Assembly: GCA_963978155.1 (NCBI GenBank)
Contig: CAXBRK010000001.1
Span: forward strand, 1-50,308
DNA length: 50,308 bases
DNA from: an uncultured Phycisphaera sp.
GTDB taxonomy: Bacteria > Planctomycetota > Phycisphaerae > Phycisphaerales > SM1A02
Reading direction: 5' to 3'
Below, in pieces: positions 1 through 9,420 of the stretch. Every line of letters starts with the position of its first letter. Within the stretch, counting starts at the first letter, position 1. Made by a program: the position numbers and the translations under genes. Under the pieces are notes generated by a model. The model saw only the letters and a program-made list of their open reading frames with translations, was not told the origin of the DNA and made no database searches.

Positions 1-18
1 GCCAGCATGTCCGAACAC
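1..18 (-). CDS. Possible start of a CDS running off the left edge (MFGHAG...)
   Basis: GTG at 18 preceded by AAAGAGG, just after the stop of 49..495; only 6 codons visible. Confidence 0.3.
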
Positions 19-48
19 GACCTCTTTCTGAAATGCACCGGATCAGAA

Positions 49-495
49 TCAGGCGTCAGAACCTTCGCTTCCAGCGGTCGTGGACTGCAAACGCGAAATC
101 ATCTCTTCGATCTCAGCCGGTGACACACCAAGAGCCTCGGCCAAACTCTCGGCCGATTCACCCTGTGACAACCCCTCACGGACCGCCACTTCCATCGGAT
201 CACTCTCGATGTCGGTGGTGCTCACTCCGGGAAGACTGCTGTCGTGCGCGGGGTCGAGCAATTCCGCTCGACGGATCAGTCGATCAAGCCGACGCGAAGC
301 TTGCTCGGCGTCCCGAAGCAGCACTTCGATACGGTCGGGATGGACCGGACGCGGGGAAGGTGCTGGCGCCGCCACCACAGGCGGTGGCGTTGGCAACGCT
401 TCTGGTTTTCGTACGAGAGAGAAGATCCAAGCCGCAGTCGCCCCCCCGGCGATTCCGGCCACCAACGCGATCAACAGCAAGAGAGGATCAGGCAT
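49..495 (-). CDS. Membrane-anchored protein with C-terminal HTH-like segment (SwrB/DUF2802-like)
   Basis: N-terminal hydrophobic helix LLLLIALVAGIAGG, Pro-rich linker, coiled coil, C-terminal GESAESLAEALGVSPAEIEEMI. Confidence 0.6.
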   Translation of the reverse strand: MPDPLLLLIALVAGIAGGATAAWIFSLVRKPEALPTPPPVVAAPAPSPRPVHPDRIEVLLRDAEQASRRLDRLIRRAELLDPAHDSSLPGVSTTDIESDPMEVAVREGLSQGESAESLAEALGVSPAEIEEMISRLQSTTAGSEGSDA

Positions 496-541
496 AGGTC
501 TTTCTCAATCGGCACAATCGAGTCCCTATCATCCATCAACC

Positions 542-1486
542 TTGGCCAAACCTGATGACAAATCTGGTCGAATCCCCTTGCTGGGAGATTTTGAAGCCCG
601 CATGCGGCGATTGGGGGCTGCAAATGGGGGGTGGCTGGTCGCGGTTTCAGGAGGGCCAGATTCTTTTGCATTGCTTGATTTGGCCCATCGATCGGTACAC
701 CGCACCCCGCGGGCACTGCATGCCGTCACGGTGCAGCACCACTTGCGTGCCGAAGCAGAAAACGAACTGATGGCCGTGCGTGCGTGGTGCGAAGCCCGTG
801 ACATTCCCCACCACCGACAAGACCTGGAGCCTCCGGTCAATCCTGCCGCCGCACGACGCGCTCGCTACCACGCGCTCCTCACCGTCGCGACCGAACAGAA
901 CCTTCCCCATGTGCTGCTGGGTCACCACGCCGATGACCAAGTGGAATCCATCCTGTTGGCGTTGGTTCGAGGCGCAGGCCCCAAGGGCCTCGGGGGCATG
1001 CGCGATCGTCGGAACTTGGGCGGCGAAATTCAGGTGGTTCGCCCCTTCCTCGAGACACCAGGACAGTTGCTCCGCGACCATGCACTCGAACACCAGTTGC
1101 CATTCCATGATGAACCAGGCAATCTTGATCCCCAGAGCGCGCGGGGACGCATACGAACGCTCATCCGTCCTCAACTGGAATCGCTGCGTCAAGGGTGCGG
1201 CATGGCCATGGTGAACAACGGAGCCTTGATGCAAGCCGCCGGCCAAGCCCTCCAAGCCCGGGCGAAGAAGTTGGCCCCACGAGAAGAACGAGAAGTTTGG
1301 CGAAGCGCTTCAGAAGGCTTGCGACTGGCGGCCCTTCAACTTCGCGCCCCCAACACCCCCAACACCCAGCTTCGTCCCTTGTGCCGAGCTCTTGCGGACC
1401 AAGAGGATCGACCTCGCCGCTTTGCGGTGCAGGGAGGAATGATGGAGGTGACCGCCCGGGCGGTGCTGGGTCCCAAACCGATTTAG
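542..1486 (+). CDS. tilS: tRNA(Ile)-lysidine synthase, short form
   Basis: PP-loop VAVSGGPDS, HHLR, AARRARY, GHHADDQVES, RP motif. Start uncertain (TTG 542, TTG 578 or ATG 602); the ORF upstream of 542 is shadow of the opposite gene. Confidence 0.92.
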   Translation: MAKPDDKSGRIPLLGDFEARMRRLGAANGGWLVAVSGGPDSFALLDLAHRSVHRTPRALHAVTVQHHLRAEAENELMAVRAWCEARDIPHHRQDLEPPVNPAAARRARYHALLTVATEQNLPHVLLGHHADDQVESILLALVRGAGPKGLGGMRDRRNLGGEIQVVRPFLETPGQLLRDHALEHQLPFHDEPGNLDPQSARGRIRTLIRPQLESLRQGCGMAMVNNGALMQAAGQALQARAKKLAPREEREVWRSASEGLRLAALQLRAPNTPNTQLRPLCRALADQEDRPRRFAVQGGMMEVTARAVLGPKPI

Positions 1487-2880
1487 TCGCCGATCATCGT
1501 GCGGCCATTCAGGTAGGGCTGCAGTGCTTCGGGAATGCGAATTCGACCGTCGGCCTGTTGGTGCATTTCCAAAATCGGAATCAACACTCGGGGGCTTGCC
1601 GCCACCGTGTTGTTGAGTGCATACGGGTAACGGATGGTGCCCTCAGCGTCGCGGTACCGGAGGTTCAGGCGACGGGTCTGGAAATCAGAGAGACGCGAAG
1701 CGGAGTGCGTCTCCCCCCAGTCACCACACGGGCGACCGTCCCCATCAAGTTCACCGCGTCCCGGCATCCAACATTCGATGTCGGTCATGGCTTCATTCTT
1801 TTGCCCCAGGTCGCCGGTGCAGCAATCAAGCAGTCGGTACGGCAACTCCAACGCTTGGAGGAATCCTTCGACAAAGCCCATCATCTTTTCGTGCCACGCG
1901 CGATGCTCTTCGGCGTCGGCAGCATGAATCACCACCTGCTCCACCTTGTCGAATTGGTGAATGCGATACAAGCCAGCTGTATCACGGCCCGCAGCACCCG
2001 CTTCTCGACGGAAGCACGTCGATCTGGTGGTGGCGGTGATGGGCAGTTGGTCGAGATCCAAAATCTCATCGGCGTAGACCCCCATCAAACCCACTTCACC
2101 GGTGCCAGTGAGGAAGAGGTCGTGGCCACCGCCGCGTTCTTTTTCAGCAACGTGGTAGGCCTGCTCTCGTCCACCGGGGAAGAACCCAGTGCCCACCATG
2201 CACTCCTCGCGAACGATGACCGGAACGCTCATGGGAGTGAATCCATGATGTTCGGTCATCATTTCCAAGGCCATACGCATGACGGCTTCGTGCAGACGCA
2301 TGCCATCACCTTTCAAGACGTAGTGGCGACTCCCCGCCATCTTGACCCCGCGGGCAAAGTCCACCAAGTCGTGCTGCTCGATCAATTCCAAATGGGTCTT
2401 GGGCGCAAATCCTCGTTGGGCTTCAAAGGACTGATCGGGATCAAAGTTTGATGACCAACGGCGCCGCTCGACGTTGGCCGATGCGTCTGGTCCGACCACC
2501 ACATCGGCGGCTGGAGGCTGCGGGATGGTCAACAGCAATTCTTGGAGCTTGGGGTCAATCGCGGCGATCGCGGCCTCTGCTTCTTGCACTTTGCTCTTCA
2601 ACGCGGCGGGCTGCGCCTCCAAGGTGGCCAACTCTTGCTCGAGGGCTGGCTTCTCTTCATCGGAAGCTTTCTTGATGGCGCCTTTCAACTGCCCCATTCG
2701 AGGGCCGGTTTCCTTCGCCAACTTCTTTTGCTCAGCGCGGGCCGATTCCATCTGCGACAACAACGCTCGTTTTTGGGCATCAAGCTCCAGCAGTTCATCG
2801 ATATGAACCACCGTGCCCTTGGCCTCAGCGCCCCGTCGAAAATGGTCGGGGTCGTTTCGCAACGCTTTGAGATCGATCAT
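1483..2880 (-). CDS. serS: Serine--tRNA ligase
   Basis: MIDLKALR N-terminal coiled-coil arm, LTGTGE, CFRREAG..GRDTAGLYRIHQFDKVE, HSAS..DFQTRRL, LNNT. Confidence 0.98.
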   Translation of the reverse strand: MIDLKALRNDPDHFRRGAEAKGTVVHIDELLELDAQKRALLSQMESARAEQKKLAKETGPRMGQLKGAIKKASDEEKPALEQELATLEAQPAALKSKVQEAEAAIAAIDPKLQELLLTIPQPPAADVVVGPDASANVERRRWSSNFDPDQSFEAQRGFAPKTHLELIEQHDLVDFARGVKMAGSRHYVLKGDGMRLHEAVMRMALEMMTEHHGFTPMSVPVIVREECMVGTGFFPGGREQAYHVAEKERGGGHDLFLTGTGEVGLMGVYADEILDLDQLPITATTRSTCFRREAGAAGRDTAGLYRIHQFDKVEQVVIHAADAEEHRAWHEKMMGFVEGFLQALELPYRLLDCCTGDLGQKNEAMTDIECWMPGRGELDGDGRPCGDWGETHSASRLSDFQTRRLNLRYRDAEGTIRYPYALNNTVAASPRVLIPILEMHQQADGRIRIPEALQPYLNGRTMIGD

Positions 2881-3716
2881 GCATCATCTCCAGGGCGACG
2901 CCAAGACGGCGGTGCGGCCCAGCCCAGTTTGGCCGCAAGAGTGGCCCCGAAAGGTCGTTCGGGGTGTCGAAGAAAACGAAGTGTTTGAAAATGGGAAGCG
3001 ACTTCAACCCGGTCTCCGGCTTGGAGACGTTCGGCCAATCGACCATCCTGCACCAAAGAAGATCCTTCATTGGCGTGGTGGACGTTCAACGCCACACTCG
3101 CTTCGGCGGGAAGAACCAACGGTCGCCAAGCCAAAGAGTGAGCGGCGAGAGGCACCAAAATTGTGGCTTCCAAACCTGGGGCCACGATGGGGCCTCCAGC
3201 ACTGGCGGCATGCGCGGTCGAGCCTGCACTCGTAGCCACGATCAACCCATCTCCCAAGAATCGAGGGATAGCGCCTCCGTCCACTTCGCCCTCAAGTTCG
3301 ATGGCCCGGAAGGGTTGCCCCGCCGCCAAGACCACGTCGTTGACCGCGCATCCCGTGGCTGCTTCTTGTCCATCTCGGAGCAACCGCCAATGCAACGCAT
3401 GACGGTTTTCAATGCTCAATGTCCCCGCGCGGATGGCGTCCAGATACAGCGGCAATTCTTCCACTTCGAACGCGGCCAAGAAACCCAGACGACCTCCCGA
3501 GACCCCCAAGATCCTTGAAGAAGCTCCAGCGTCGAGGACCTGTCGGGCCACCCGCATGATGGTGCCATCCCCGCCCACCGCAACCACAATGTCGGCTTGT
3601 CCCACCTCATGCACGGCCCGTTCGGGCACGTTCGCGCCGAGGGCGGATCGGACCCCTTCGGCCACGCTGGTGTCGCAGCCTTCACCAATCACCAGTTCAA
3701 AGGTTGGGGAGGTCAT
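2877..3716 (-). CDS. nadK: NAD+ kinase
   Basis: GGDGT, GRLGFL, ND motif, GDGLIVATSAGSTAH..SAGGP; start placed at ATG 3716; stop overlaps serS start. Confidence 0.95.
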   Translation of the reverse strand: MTSPTFELVIGEGCDTSVAEGVRSALGANVPERAVHEVGQADIVVAVGGDGTIMRVARQVLDAGASSRILGVSGGRLGFLAAFEVEELPLYLDAIRAGTLSIENRHALHWRLLRDGQEAATGCAVNDVVLAAGQPFRAIELEGEVDGGAIPRFLGDGLIVATSAGSTAHAASAGGPIVAPGLEATILVPLAAHSLAWRPLVLPAEASVALNVHHANEGSSLVQDGRLAERLQAGDRVEVASHFQTLRFLRHPERPFGATLAAKLGWAAPPSWRRPGDDA

Positions 3717-3762
3717 GGGGATCCAACATCGTACCGGAGCACGCATCTGGATTCCCCCTCAA

Positions 3763-4707
3763 TCATGACACAAGGCCTTGAGTAAGCCTCATAAACGCGG
3801 TTTCAAGGTCAATTCTCTCGGCGGAGAGTCCGCGAACCCGAACCCCAGCGGTGACCAGACGTGCGTTGATGCCCGCGGCATCCAACGTGGTTCCGGTTTC
3901 CAGATGAACCACCAAGCGATCTTTAGCGCCCTCGTCAACCGCCACCGACCGAACCCCACCCAAGGCTCCAAGCAGGCTCAAGGCCGTGTCCATTCCCCCG
4001 TCGAGCTCACACTCCAACCGGGTCCCCGATCGGGCCGCATCCAGGGCCGACTGGACCGAACCGGCGAACACCAGTTTGCCCCGTTCCAAGATGCCAACCG
4101 AAGTGCACAGCTCGGCCAATTCATGAAGGATGTGGGAAGAAATCAAGATGGTTTTTCCGAGGTCACGGAGCGTACGGAGCAACTCTCGCATTTCCACGCG
4201 GGCCCGGGGATCCAAACCCGATGCCGGCTCATCGAGCAACAGCACCTCGGGATCGTGCAGCAGGACGCGAGCCACCGCCAACCGTTGGCTCATGCCCCGA
4301 GACAAACCAGAAATGGGCGCTTCTGCTTTGCCACCAAGGTCGGTGAGCGACAGCGCGTCATCCACCACTTGGGTCCGTCGGGATCCGGTGATGCCATAAC
4401 AGCTGGCAAAGAACTGCAGGTACTCCCGCACCAACATGTCGTCGTAGGCCCCCAAGAAATCGGGGACGTATCCGATCAAAGGTCGAATGTGCGTGTTTTG
4501 CCACCCCACCGTGAAACCGCAGACTCGAGCCTCCCCTGAACTCGGCTTCAGCAAGGTCGCCAGAATTTTGATGGTGGTGGTCTTCCCCGCCCCATTGGGT
4601 CCAATGAAACCAAAGCATTCGCCGGCCTCAACTTTGAGGTTCAAATCATCCAACGCCACCAAAGATCCGTAGCGTCGAGAAAGATGATGGGTCTCAAGGA
4701 TGGCCAC
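3763..4707 (-). CDS. ABC-2 type transporter ATP-binding protein
   Basis: Walker A GPNGAGKTT, signature LSRGM, Walker B LLLDEP, SSH switch. Confidence 0.95.
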   Translation of the reverse strand: MAILETHHLSRRYGSLVALDDLNLKVEAGECFGFIGPNGAGKTTTIKILATLLKPSSGEARVCGFTVGWQNTHIRPLIGYVPDFLGAYDDMLVREYLQFFASCYGITGSRRTQVVDDALSLTDLGGKAEAPISGLSRGMSQRLAVARVLLHDPEVLLLDEPASGLDPRARVEMRELLRTLRDLGKTILISSHILHELAELCTSVGILERGKLVFAGSVQSALDAARSGTRLECELDGGMDTALSLLGALGGVRSVAVDEGAKDRLVVHLETGTTLDAAGINARLVTAGVRVRGLSAERIDLETAFMRLTQGLVS

Positions 4708-4711
4708 AGAT

Positions 4712-6925
4712 TCACTGCTCCTTCACGGGTAGAGGGAGAAAAGCCCTCACCAACACAGTACCGGATGAGGTTGGCTCTCCTCCTTCAACCAAGGGACCGC
4801 CCGGTGCTTTGACTTCGTCGAGAAATCCAAGAACCATCAAACCGGGCGAGCCGAAGCGCAAGCCCCCACCGAACCGTCGAGAACTGCCGATGACCGAGGG
4901 ACTCACCGACATTGAGAGTTCTCCAGGATTCAACCATGGTGTGGGGTGCGCCAGAGGCCAGAGTGCGGCATCGAGCAGTCGATTCCTGAGATTCATGGTG
5001 GGCCGCTGACCAAAATCGCCTCGAAAAGACTCTCTTGGACGCCAACCTCGTTCCTCGAGCCTGTCATCCAGTCGCGACCAACTTTGGGCATAGTCTTCTT
5101 CGCTGAGATCCAGTGGAACCCCAGGGGCCCATTCTCCGGCGATATTGGCTTCGAAGGCCATCACCGGCAAACGTCCTGGGTCGGCAAACGTGGGAAGATC
5201 TTCACCGGCAACCGACTGTCGACGTCGCGGTGCCGCGTCTCCCAACACCGCAATCAAACGAACCTGCTGCAAAGGGGCAGGAAATGAATGCACCAGCTCC
5301 CCCTGCACTTTGGCCACTGGATCCAAGGATGGTGCAGGCTCTGATTTCAGCCGGACCACCCCCCATGTTTCATCTGGGGCAAGTGACCCCGTCCAAGCAA
5401 ATGGCACGGGGACCCCGCGGGTCGGCAGACTCCATGCGGTCGGCCCAGACTCCACCACCCGTCGATCTGGAAAGGACAACACAGAACCGTTGGGCACCCA
5501 CGGACGAACCGAACCCTGAGGATGTTTGAGATCGATGCGAGAGAATCCTGTGGTCTGCACTTGTCCAAAGCCGACCACTTGGTGTGGGCCATCGAAAGTC
5601 TGATCAAGCATGGTGAAGTGCCGCAACGAGACATCGGACACCCCAGATCGACCCACGAGCAACAGCATCAACAGACCTCCCAAGAATGAGGCACCGGCAG
5701 CCACCGGCCACACCTGATGCGACCGGCCACGGACCCGCCCCCAAAAGGCAAGACCGGGCCCCAACAACAGGGCGTACAACGGCACCAAAATGGCGACATT
5801 GGCAACGGTCGATCCGGCAGTCGTTCCGGCCACCATGGACTCAAGATCCCGATCACCAAAGAGAATCGTCTGATCCCACAAGACAAGTCGGTCCGAGGGC
5901 TGACTGGCGTCAAAGGCCAACCGGGGAATCGGATCCCCGGCAAGAACAAACAGGTCGGCGAAGAACGGTGCATCTGGCCAAGGTCTGCTCTGTCCATCTG
6001 ATTCAAGGACCGGTGGCAATCGAAGCGGCAAGCCCAACCAATCCACCCGGCCCCGCCCCCAAGGACGCCCCACCACCAGTGGGGTGTTGACCACTTTCAT
6101 TTTTCCTGACCAAGGAAACGGCGCTTGGCTTCGGTCCAGAACCTCCACGCTTTGGCGACGATCGGCCAGCATCGGAAGGGCGTTGCTCGCGCTGACCACT
6201 TCACGCAACTGGTCAAAAGTGTGGGTGCGACGGACGGGGTCAATCCCGCACCACATGGGATCGCTGGCCGTCCATCCGGTCTCCGTGCCATGCAACACCA
6301 GATGTCCACCCTCACGGACCCAACGTTGAATGGCCTGCCAACGCACGCTGCCGAGCGCCGACGGCAGCCCTTCGGCGGGAAGCACCAAGACATCGGCCGC
6401 ATCCAGAGCTCGCCAATCTGAAGGCAATGCGTTGAGATCCGCCAAGGCATTGACTTCAACTGGCGAAGTGAAGCCTCGAACGCGGGGGTCAGGATCGCGG
6501 AGTTGCCCCAACCCGTTTGGTATGGAACCAACGCAAAGCACCACCGTGGAGGCCACTGGAATTCGACCCGGCATCGGGGCGACCAAACGAACCGTCGTGC
6601 CCTGGTCTTTGATCAAGACCTCCACCTTGGTGGCATCAGGTGCCGGCAGAGCCAAGATCGAAACCTCCACATCCGAGGACGGTGGGACGCCCACACGTTG
6701 TGGAGTGTGCAACACATCGCCGTCGGGCGTGACGCCCAGGCCGATGACCTCCACTTCCCGGGCCGTCCCGGTCGATGACAAACGAACCTGCAAAGGAACC
6801 CAGCCACTCTCCCGGACGGCCCCCGCCAAACCGATGCCCACAATTTGATCTTGGGCCGTCGCAAGCGTTCCCATCCCCATAAGGGAAGCCAGCACACACT
6901 GCAGGATCGTTACAACCGAACGCAT
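4712..6925 (-). CDS. Large exported membrane protein, hypothetical, ABC-associated
   Basis: 737 aa; signal peptide, GATase-like stretch AIQRWVREGGHLVL, two mid-protein TM helices; ends 4 nt before the ABC ATPase. Confidence 0.75.
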   Translation of the reverse strand: MRSVVTILQCVLASLMGMGTLATAQDQIVGIGLAGAVRESGWVPLQVRLSSTGTAREVEVIGLGVTPDGDVLHTPQRVGVPPSSDVEVSILALPAPDATKVEVLIKDQGTTVRLVAPMPGRIPVASTVVLCVGSIPNGLGQLRDPDPRVRGFTSPVEVNALADLNALPSDWRALDAADVLVLPAEGLPSALGSVRWQAIQRWVREGGHLVLHGTETGWTASDPMWCGIDPVRRTHTFDQLREVVSASNALPMLADRRQSVEVLDRSQAPFPWSGKMKVVNTPLVVGRPWGRGRVDWLGLPLRLPPVLESDGQSRPWPDAPFFADLFVLAGDPIPRLAFDASQPSDRLVLWDQTILFGDRDLESMVAGTTAGSTVANVAILVPLYALLLGPGLAFWGRVRGRSHQVWPVAAGASFLGGLLMLLLVGRSGVSDVSLRHFTMLDQTFDGPHQVVGFGQVQTTGFSRIDLKHPQGSVRPWVPNGSVLSFPDRRVVESGPTAWSLPTRGVPVPFAWTGSLAPDETWGVVRLKSEPAPSLDPVAKVQGELVHSFPAPLQQVRLIAVLGDAAPRRRQSVAGEDLPTFADPGRLPVMAFEANIAGEWAPGVPLDLSEEDYAQSWSRLDDRLEERGWRPRESFRGDFGQRPTMNLRNRLLDAALWPLAHPTPWLNPGELSMSVSPSVIGSSRRFGGGLRFGSPGLMVLGFLDEVKAPGGPLVEGGEPTSSGTVLVRAFLPLPVKEQ

Positions 6926-6931
6926 GTTTGA

Positions 6932-6937
6932 AGTTTA
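6932..6937 (-). promoter_or_regulatory. Putative -10 box TAAACT of a leaderless transcript
   Basis: 6 nt upstream of ATG 6925; no Shine-Dalgarno visible. Confidence 0.45.
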
Positions 6938-6987
6938 TGGGGCAATTCGATGTGAAGTTCGCCCCAAGAGAGACCGATCCAAGCACC

Positions 6988-7188
6988 ATGGTTCATGATT
7001 TGATCCCCATTCTGGCGGCCGTTCTGGTCGGCCTCCTTGCTCTGCAGGAGTTGCTCCGCCGAATTGATCGTGGACGCGTTCGAATGGCAAAGATCATGGC
7101 CTACCGTCGAGGTCCAGCCATCCTTCGGATTCGAGATCTGGGCCAATCCACGGCAGAGAACGGTCGGGCCTCAATCACTCAGGATTGA
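6988..7188 (+). CDS. Small single-TM hypothetical protein, 66 aa
   Basis: Fills the gap between two minus-strand genes; LIPILAAVLVGLLAL followed by a basic tail; 3' end overlaps obgE stop by 14 nt. Confidence 0.5.
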   Translation: MVHDLIPILAAVLVGLLALQELLRRIDRGRVRMAKIMAYRRGPAILRIRDLGQSTAENGRASITQD

Positions 7189-8209
7189 CCGACCAGCCTC
7201 GGTCCGGTTGACGTTCAAGCAAGGGCCAGCAGGCTTCCAGCACATCCCGAACACCTTCGCCGGTTGCGGACGACCCCAACACCACCGTGGCTTCCATCTC
7301 GGCCCCCAACGCGGAACGCAATTCTTCCACCATGTCGGTGCGGAGGTCTTCTGGAATCAAGTCCGCTTTGTTCAAGAACAAAATACGAGGCCTGGTGGCG
7401 AGCTCCGCGTCGAACGCTTTCAATTCGCCAAGAATGGTGCGGTGGGCTTCAGCGGCATCAGCACCCGGAGGGTCGAGATCCACGACATGGATCAACACTC
7501 TGGTCCGGGCGACGTGACGTAAAAAATCATGCCCCAGTCCGGCACCATCTGCGGCCCCTTCAATCAAACCAGGGATGTCCGCCAGAACCAACCTGCGATC
7601 GCCGCCGAGGGCGGCTACGCCCAGGTGCGGACTTAAGGTGGTGAACGGGTAATCGGCAATGCGTGGGTCGGCCGAGGTGGCTTGCGCCAAAAAAGTGCTT
7701 TTGCCGGCATTGGGGAGACCGACCAGACCACAGTCGGCAATCAACTGCAATTCAAGATCGAGCTCTCGCTCTTCTCCAGGCTCCCCCGGCGTGCATTCGG
7801 TTGGGGCTTGATTGGTGGCGGAGACGAAATTCAGGTTCCCCAACCCACCACGGCCCCCTTTGGCCGCTTCGAATCGCTGGCCCACTTCCACCAAATCAGC
7901 CAATTGGTTGCCTTGGTCATCTCGAACGATCGTGCCAACTGGTACGAGGACTTCCAAGTCTTCCGCCGAGGCACCAAAGCAATCTCGACCGCGACCGTGT
8001 GCACCATGTGCGGCCCGGAGGTGTGGTCGGTGCATGAGGTGGGAGAACTCATTCAAAGAGCCATCCGCCACCAACCAGACCGAGCCGCCACGTCCACCAT
8101 CTCCACCATCCGGCCCCCCTTTGGGGACAAACATTTCCCGGCGCATCGATGACGAACCATCACCACCCCGACCGGCTCGGCAAAAGATTTTGACCCGATC
8201 AGCGAACAT
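7175..8209 (-). CDS. obgE: GTPase ObgE/CgtA
   Basis: MFADRVKI..AGRGGDG Gly-rich Obg fold, GLPNAGKST, YPFTT, DIPG, NKAD. Confidence 0.98.
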   Translation of the reverse strand: MFADRVKIFCRAGRGGDGSSSMRREMFVPKGGPDGGDGGRGGSVWLVADGSLNEFSHLMHRPHLRAAHGAHGRGRDCFGASAEDLEVLVPVGTIVRDDQGNQLADLVEVGQRFEAAKGGRGGLGNLNFVSATNQAPTECTPGEPGEERELDLELQLIADCGLVGLPNAGKSTFLAQATSADPRIADYPFTTLSPHLGVAALGGDRRLVLADIPGLIEGAADGAGLGHDFLRHVARTRVLIHVVDLDPPGADAAEAHRTILGELKAFDAELATRPRILFLNKADLIPEDLRTDMVEELRSALGAEMEATVVLGSSATGEGVRDVLEACWPLLERQPDRGWSVNPE

Positions 8210-8310
8210 GGATTCTTGGCTTCAATCAGAGCGGTCCACCAGCAGCTGAATCAAGACGCCCTACCAAGTGGAGAGGCAATCCATCCAGAGCGGACGAAGA
8301 CCTGCCTGAA

Positions 8311-8595
8311 TCAGTTGGCGGCAGAACCGGCAGCCACGAACGCTTCGACACCTTCATCGGAAGGAATCAAGTCGACGTAACGGCCGCGGAATCGCACTTC
8401 GCCATTGGCCACGGCGTACAGCGTGTTGTCCTTGCCCATGCGGACGAGGTGTCCGGGGTGGAACTTGGTGCCGCATTGACGCACGATGATGCTGCCGGAT
8501 TGAGCGACCTGCCCGCCGTAGAGCTTGATGCCCCGGAACTGCGGGTTGGAGTCGCGACCATTTTGAGTAGAGCCTTGACCCTTCTTGTGTGCCAC
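8311..8595 (-). CDS. rpmA: 50S ribosomal protein L27
   Basis: (GTG)[28 protein letters not shown]; GGAGG 7 nt upstream. Confidence 0.97.
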   Translation of the reverse strand: MAHKKGQGSTQNGRDSNPQFRGIKLYGGQVAQSGSIIVRQCGTKFHPGHLVRMGKDNTLYAVANGEVRFRGRYVDLIPSDEGVEAFVAAGSAAN

Positions 8596-8633
8596 AGCAA
8601 ATCCTCCAGCGGCCATCATCAGCCGAACCACAG

Positions 8634-8662
8634 ATAGTAGACGAGGACGGGCCTCTTGTCCA
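8634..8662 (-). promoter_or_regulatory. Sigma70-type promoter for rpmA-obgE
   Basis: TGGACA-17 nt-TACTAT. Confidence 0.6.
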
Positions 8663-8730
8663 GCGTTGGTTTCTCAGGACGCCCGTCAGGACCCCGAGGC
8701 AAATTCCCCTGACAAACCCCCTTGAACGGG

Positions 8731-9345
8731 TTACCGGATGACCCATTCTGAGGCCATCAGAGTCGCTGGCATGGCCAAACGGCCTTCCAGGTCCCCATCC
8801 ACCATGAATTTGAGATGGAGCGACTTTCGCAAAATGACGGCTTCACCGCTGACGGGATGGAATTCACGGGCCGTCTCGCCCGAAAGACCCGCAACAAAAA
8901 TGCTGACTTCGTTGGCACGGTCATTTTGCACCGGCCAAACTGCCAATCCGTCTCGGGCATATTCCGCACCTTGCCGAAGGTCACCAATGATCTCGTCTTG
9001 GGTTTCCAAGAGAGGGTTGCCTTGGAGGGCACGAATGGATTCGCTCACTCGGCCGGGAACGCCTACACCGGCTTTGCTGATGACACCGGTGTCACTGAAC
9101 AGCGTCATATCGGGAACCCAGATTTGGTCTCGACCCGAGGCATTTTGCACTTGGTAGGTCATGTACCAGTACAGCTTGCCGTCCGCAGGGTCGGCAAACA
9201 ATCGAAGAACCCCAGGTGTGCACTTCAGTTCCCACGCGGTTGGAACCGGCTTGGGGACCGGATACGCCGCCGCAGAGTCAACTCCAATCAAAGCGGTGGA
9301 GGCACACAACAACATGGCAGCGGAAAGTACGGTCTTCAATGACAT
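8731..9345 (-). CDS. Secreted hypothetical protein
   Basis: ATG 9345 after AAGGGAG; signal peptide ending SAAA; beta-rich mature part YWYMTYQVQN. Confidence 0.75.
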   Translation of the reverse strand: MSLKTVLSAAMLLCASTALIGVDSAAAYPVPKPVPTAWELKCTPGVLRLFADPADGKLYWYMTYQVQNASGRDQIWVPDMTLFSDTGVISKAGVGVPGRVSESIRALQGNPLLETQDEIIGDLRQGAEYARDGLAVWPVQNDRANEVSIFVAGLSGETAREFHPVSGEAVILRKSLHLKFMVDGDLEGRLAMPATLMASEWVIR

Positions 9346-9420
9346 TCGAAGGCTCCCTTTGAGACGGGCTACTGTACCCAAAATCACTCGATTGCCCGTC
9401 ATCCAAGGCCAGATCTTTCC

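Noticed and set aside
80-541. Long N-terminal extension of the tilS ORF
   Set aside because: Ser/Arg-rich antisense shadow of the 49..495 gene; TilS motifs begin only after about 600
1349-1368. CCCAACACC repeat in tilS
   Set aside because: Two in-frame 9-nt copies (PNTPNT); trivial
1195-2451. 418-aa plus-strand ORF
   Set aside because: Antisense to serS with no motifs; typical of GC-rich codon bias
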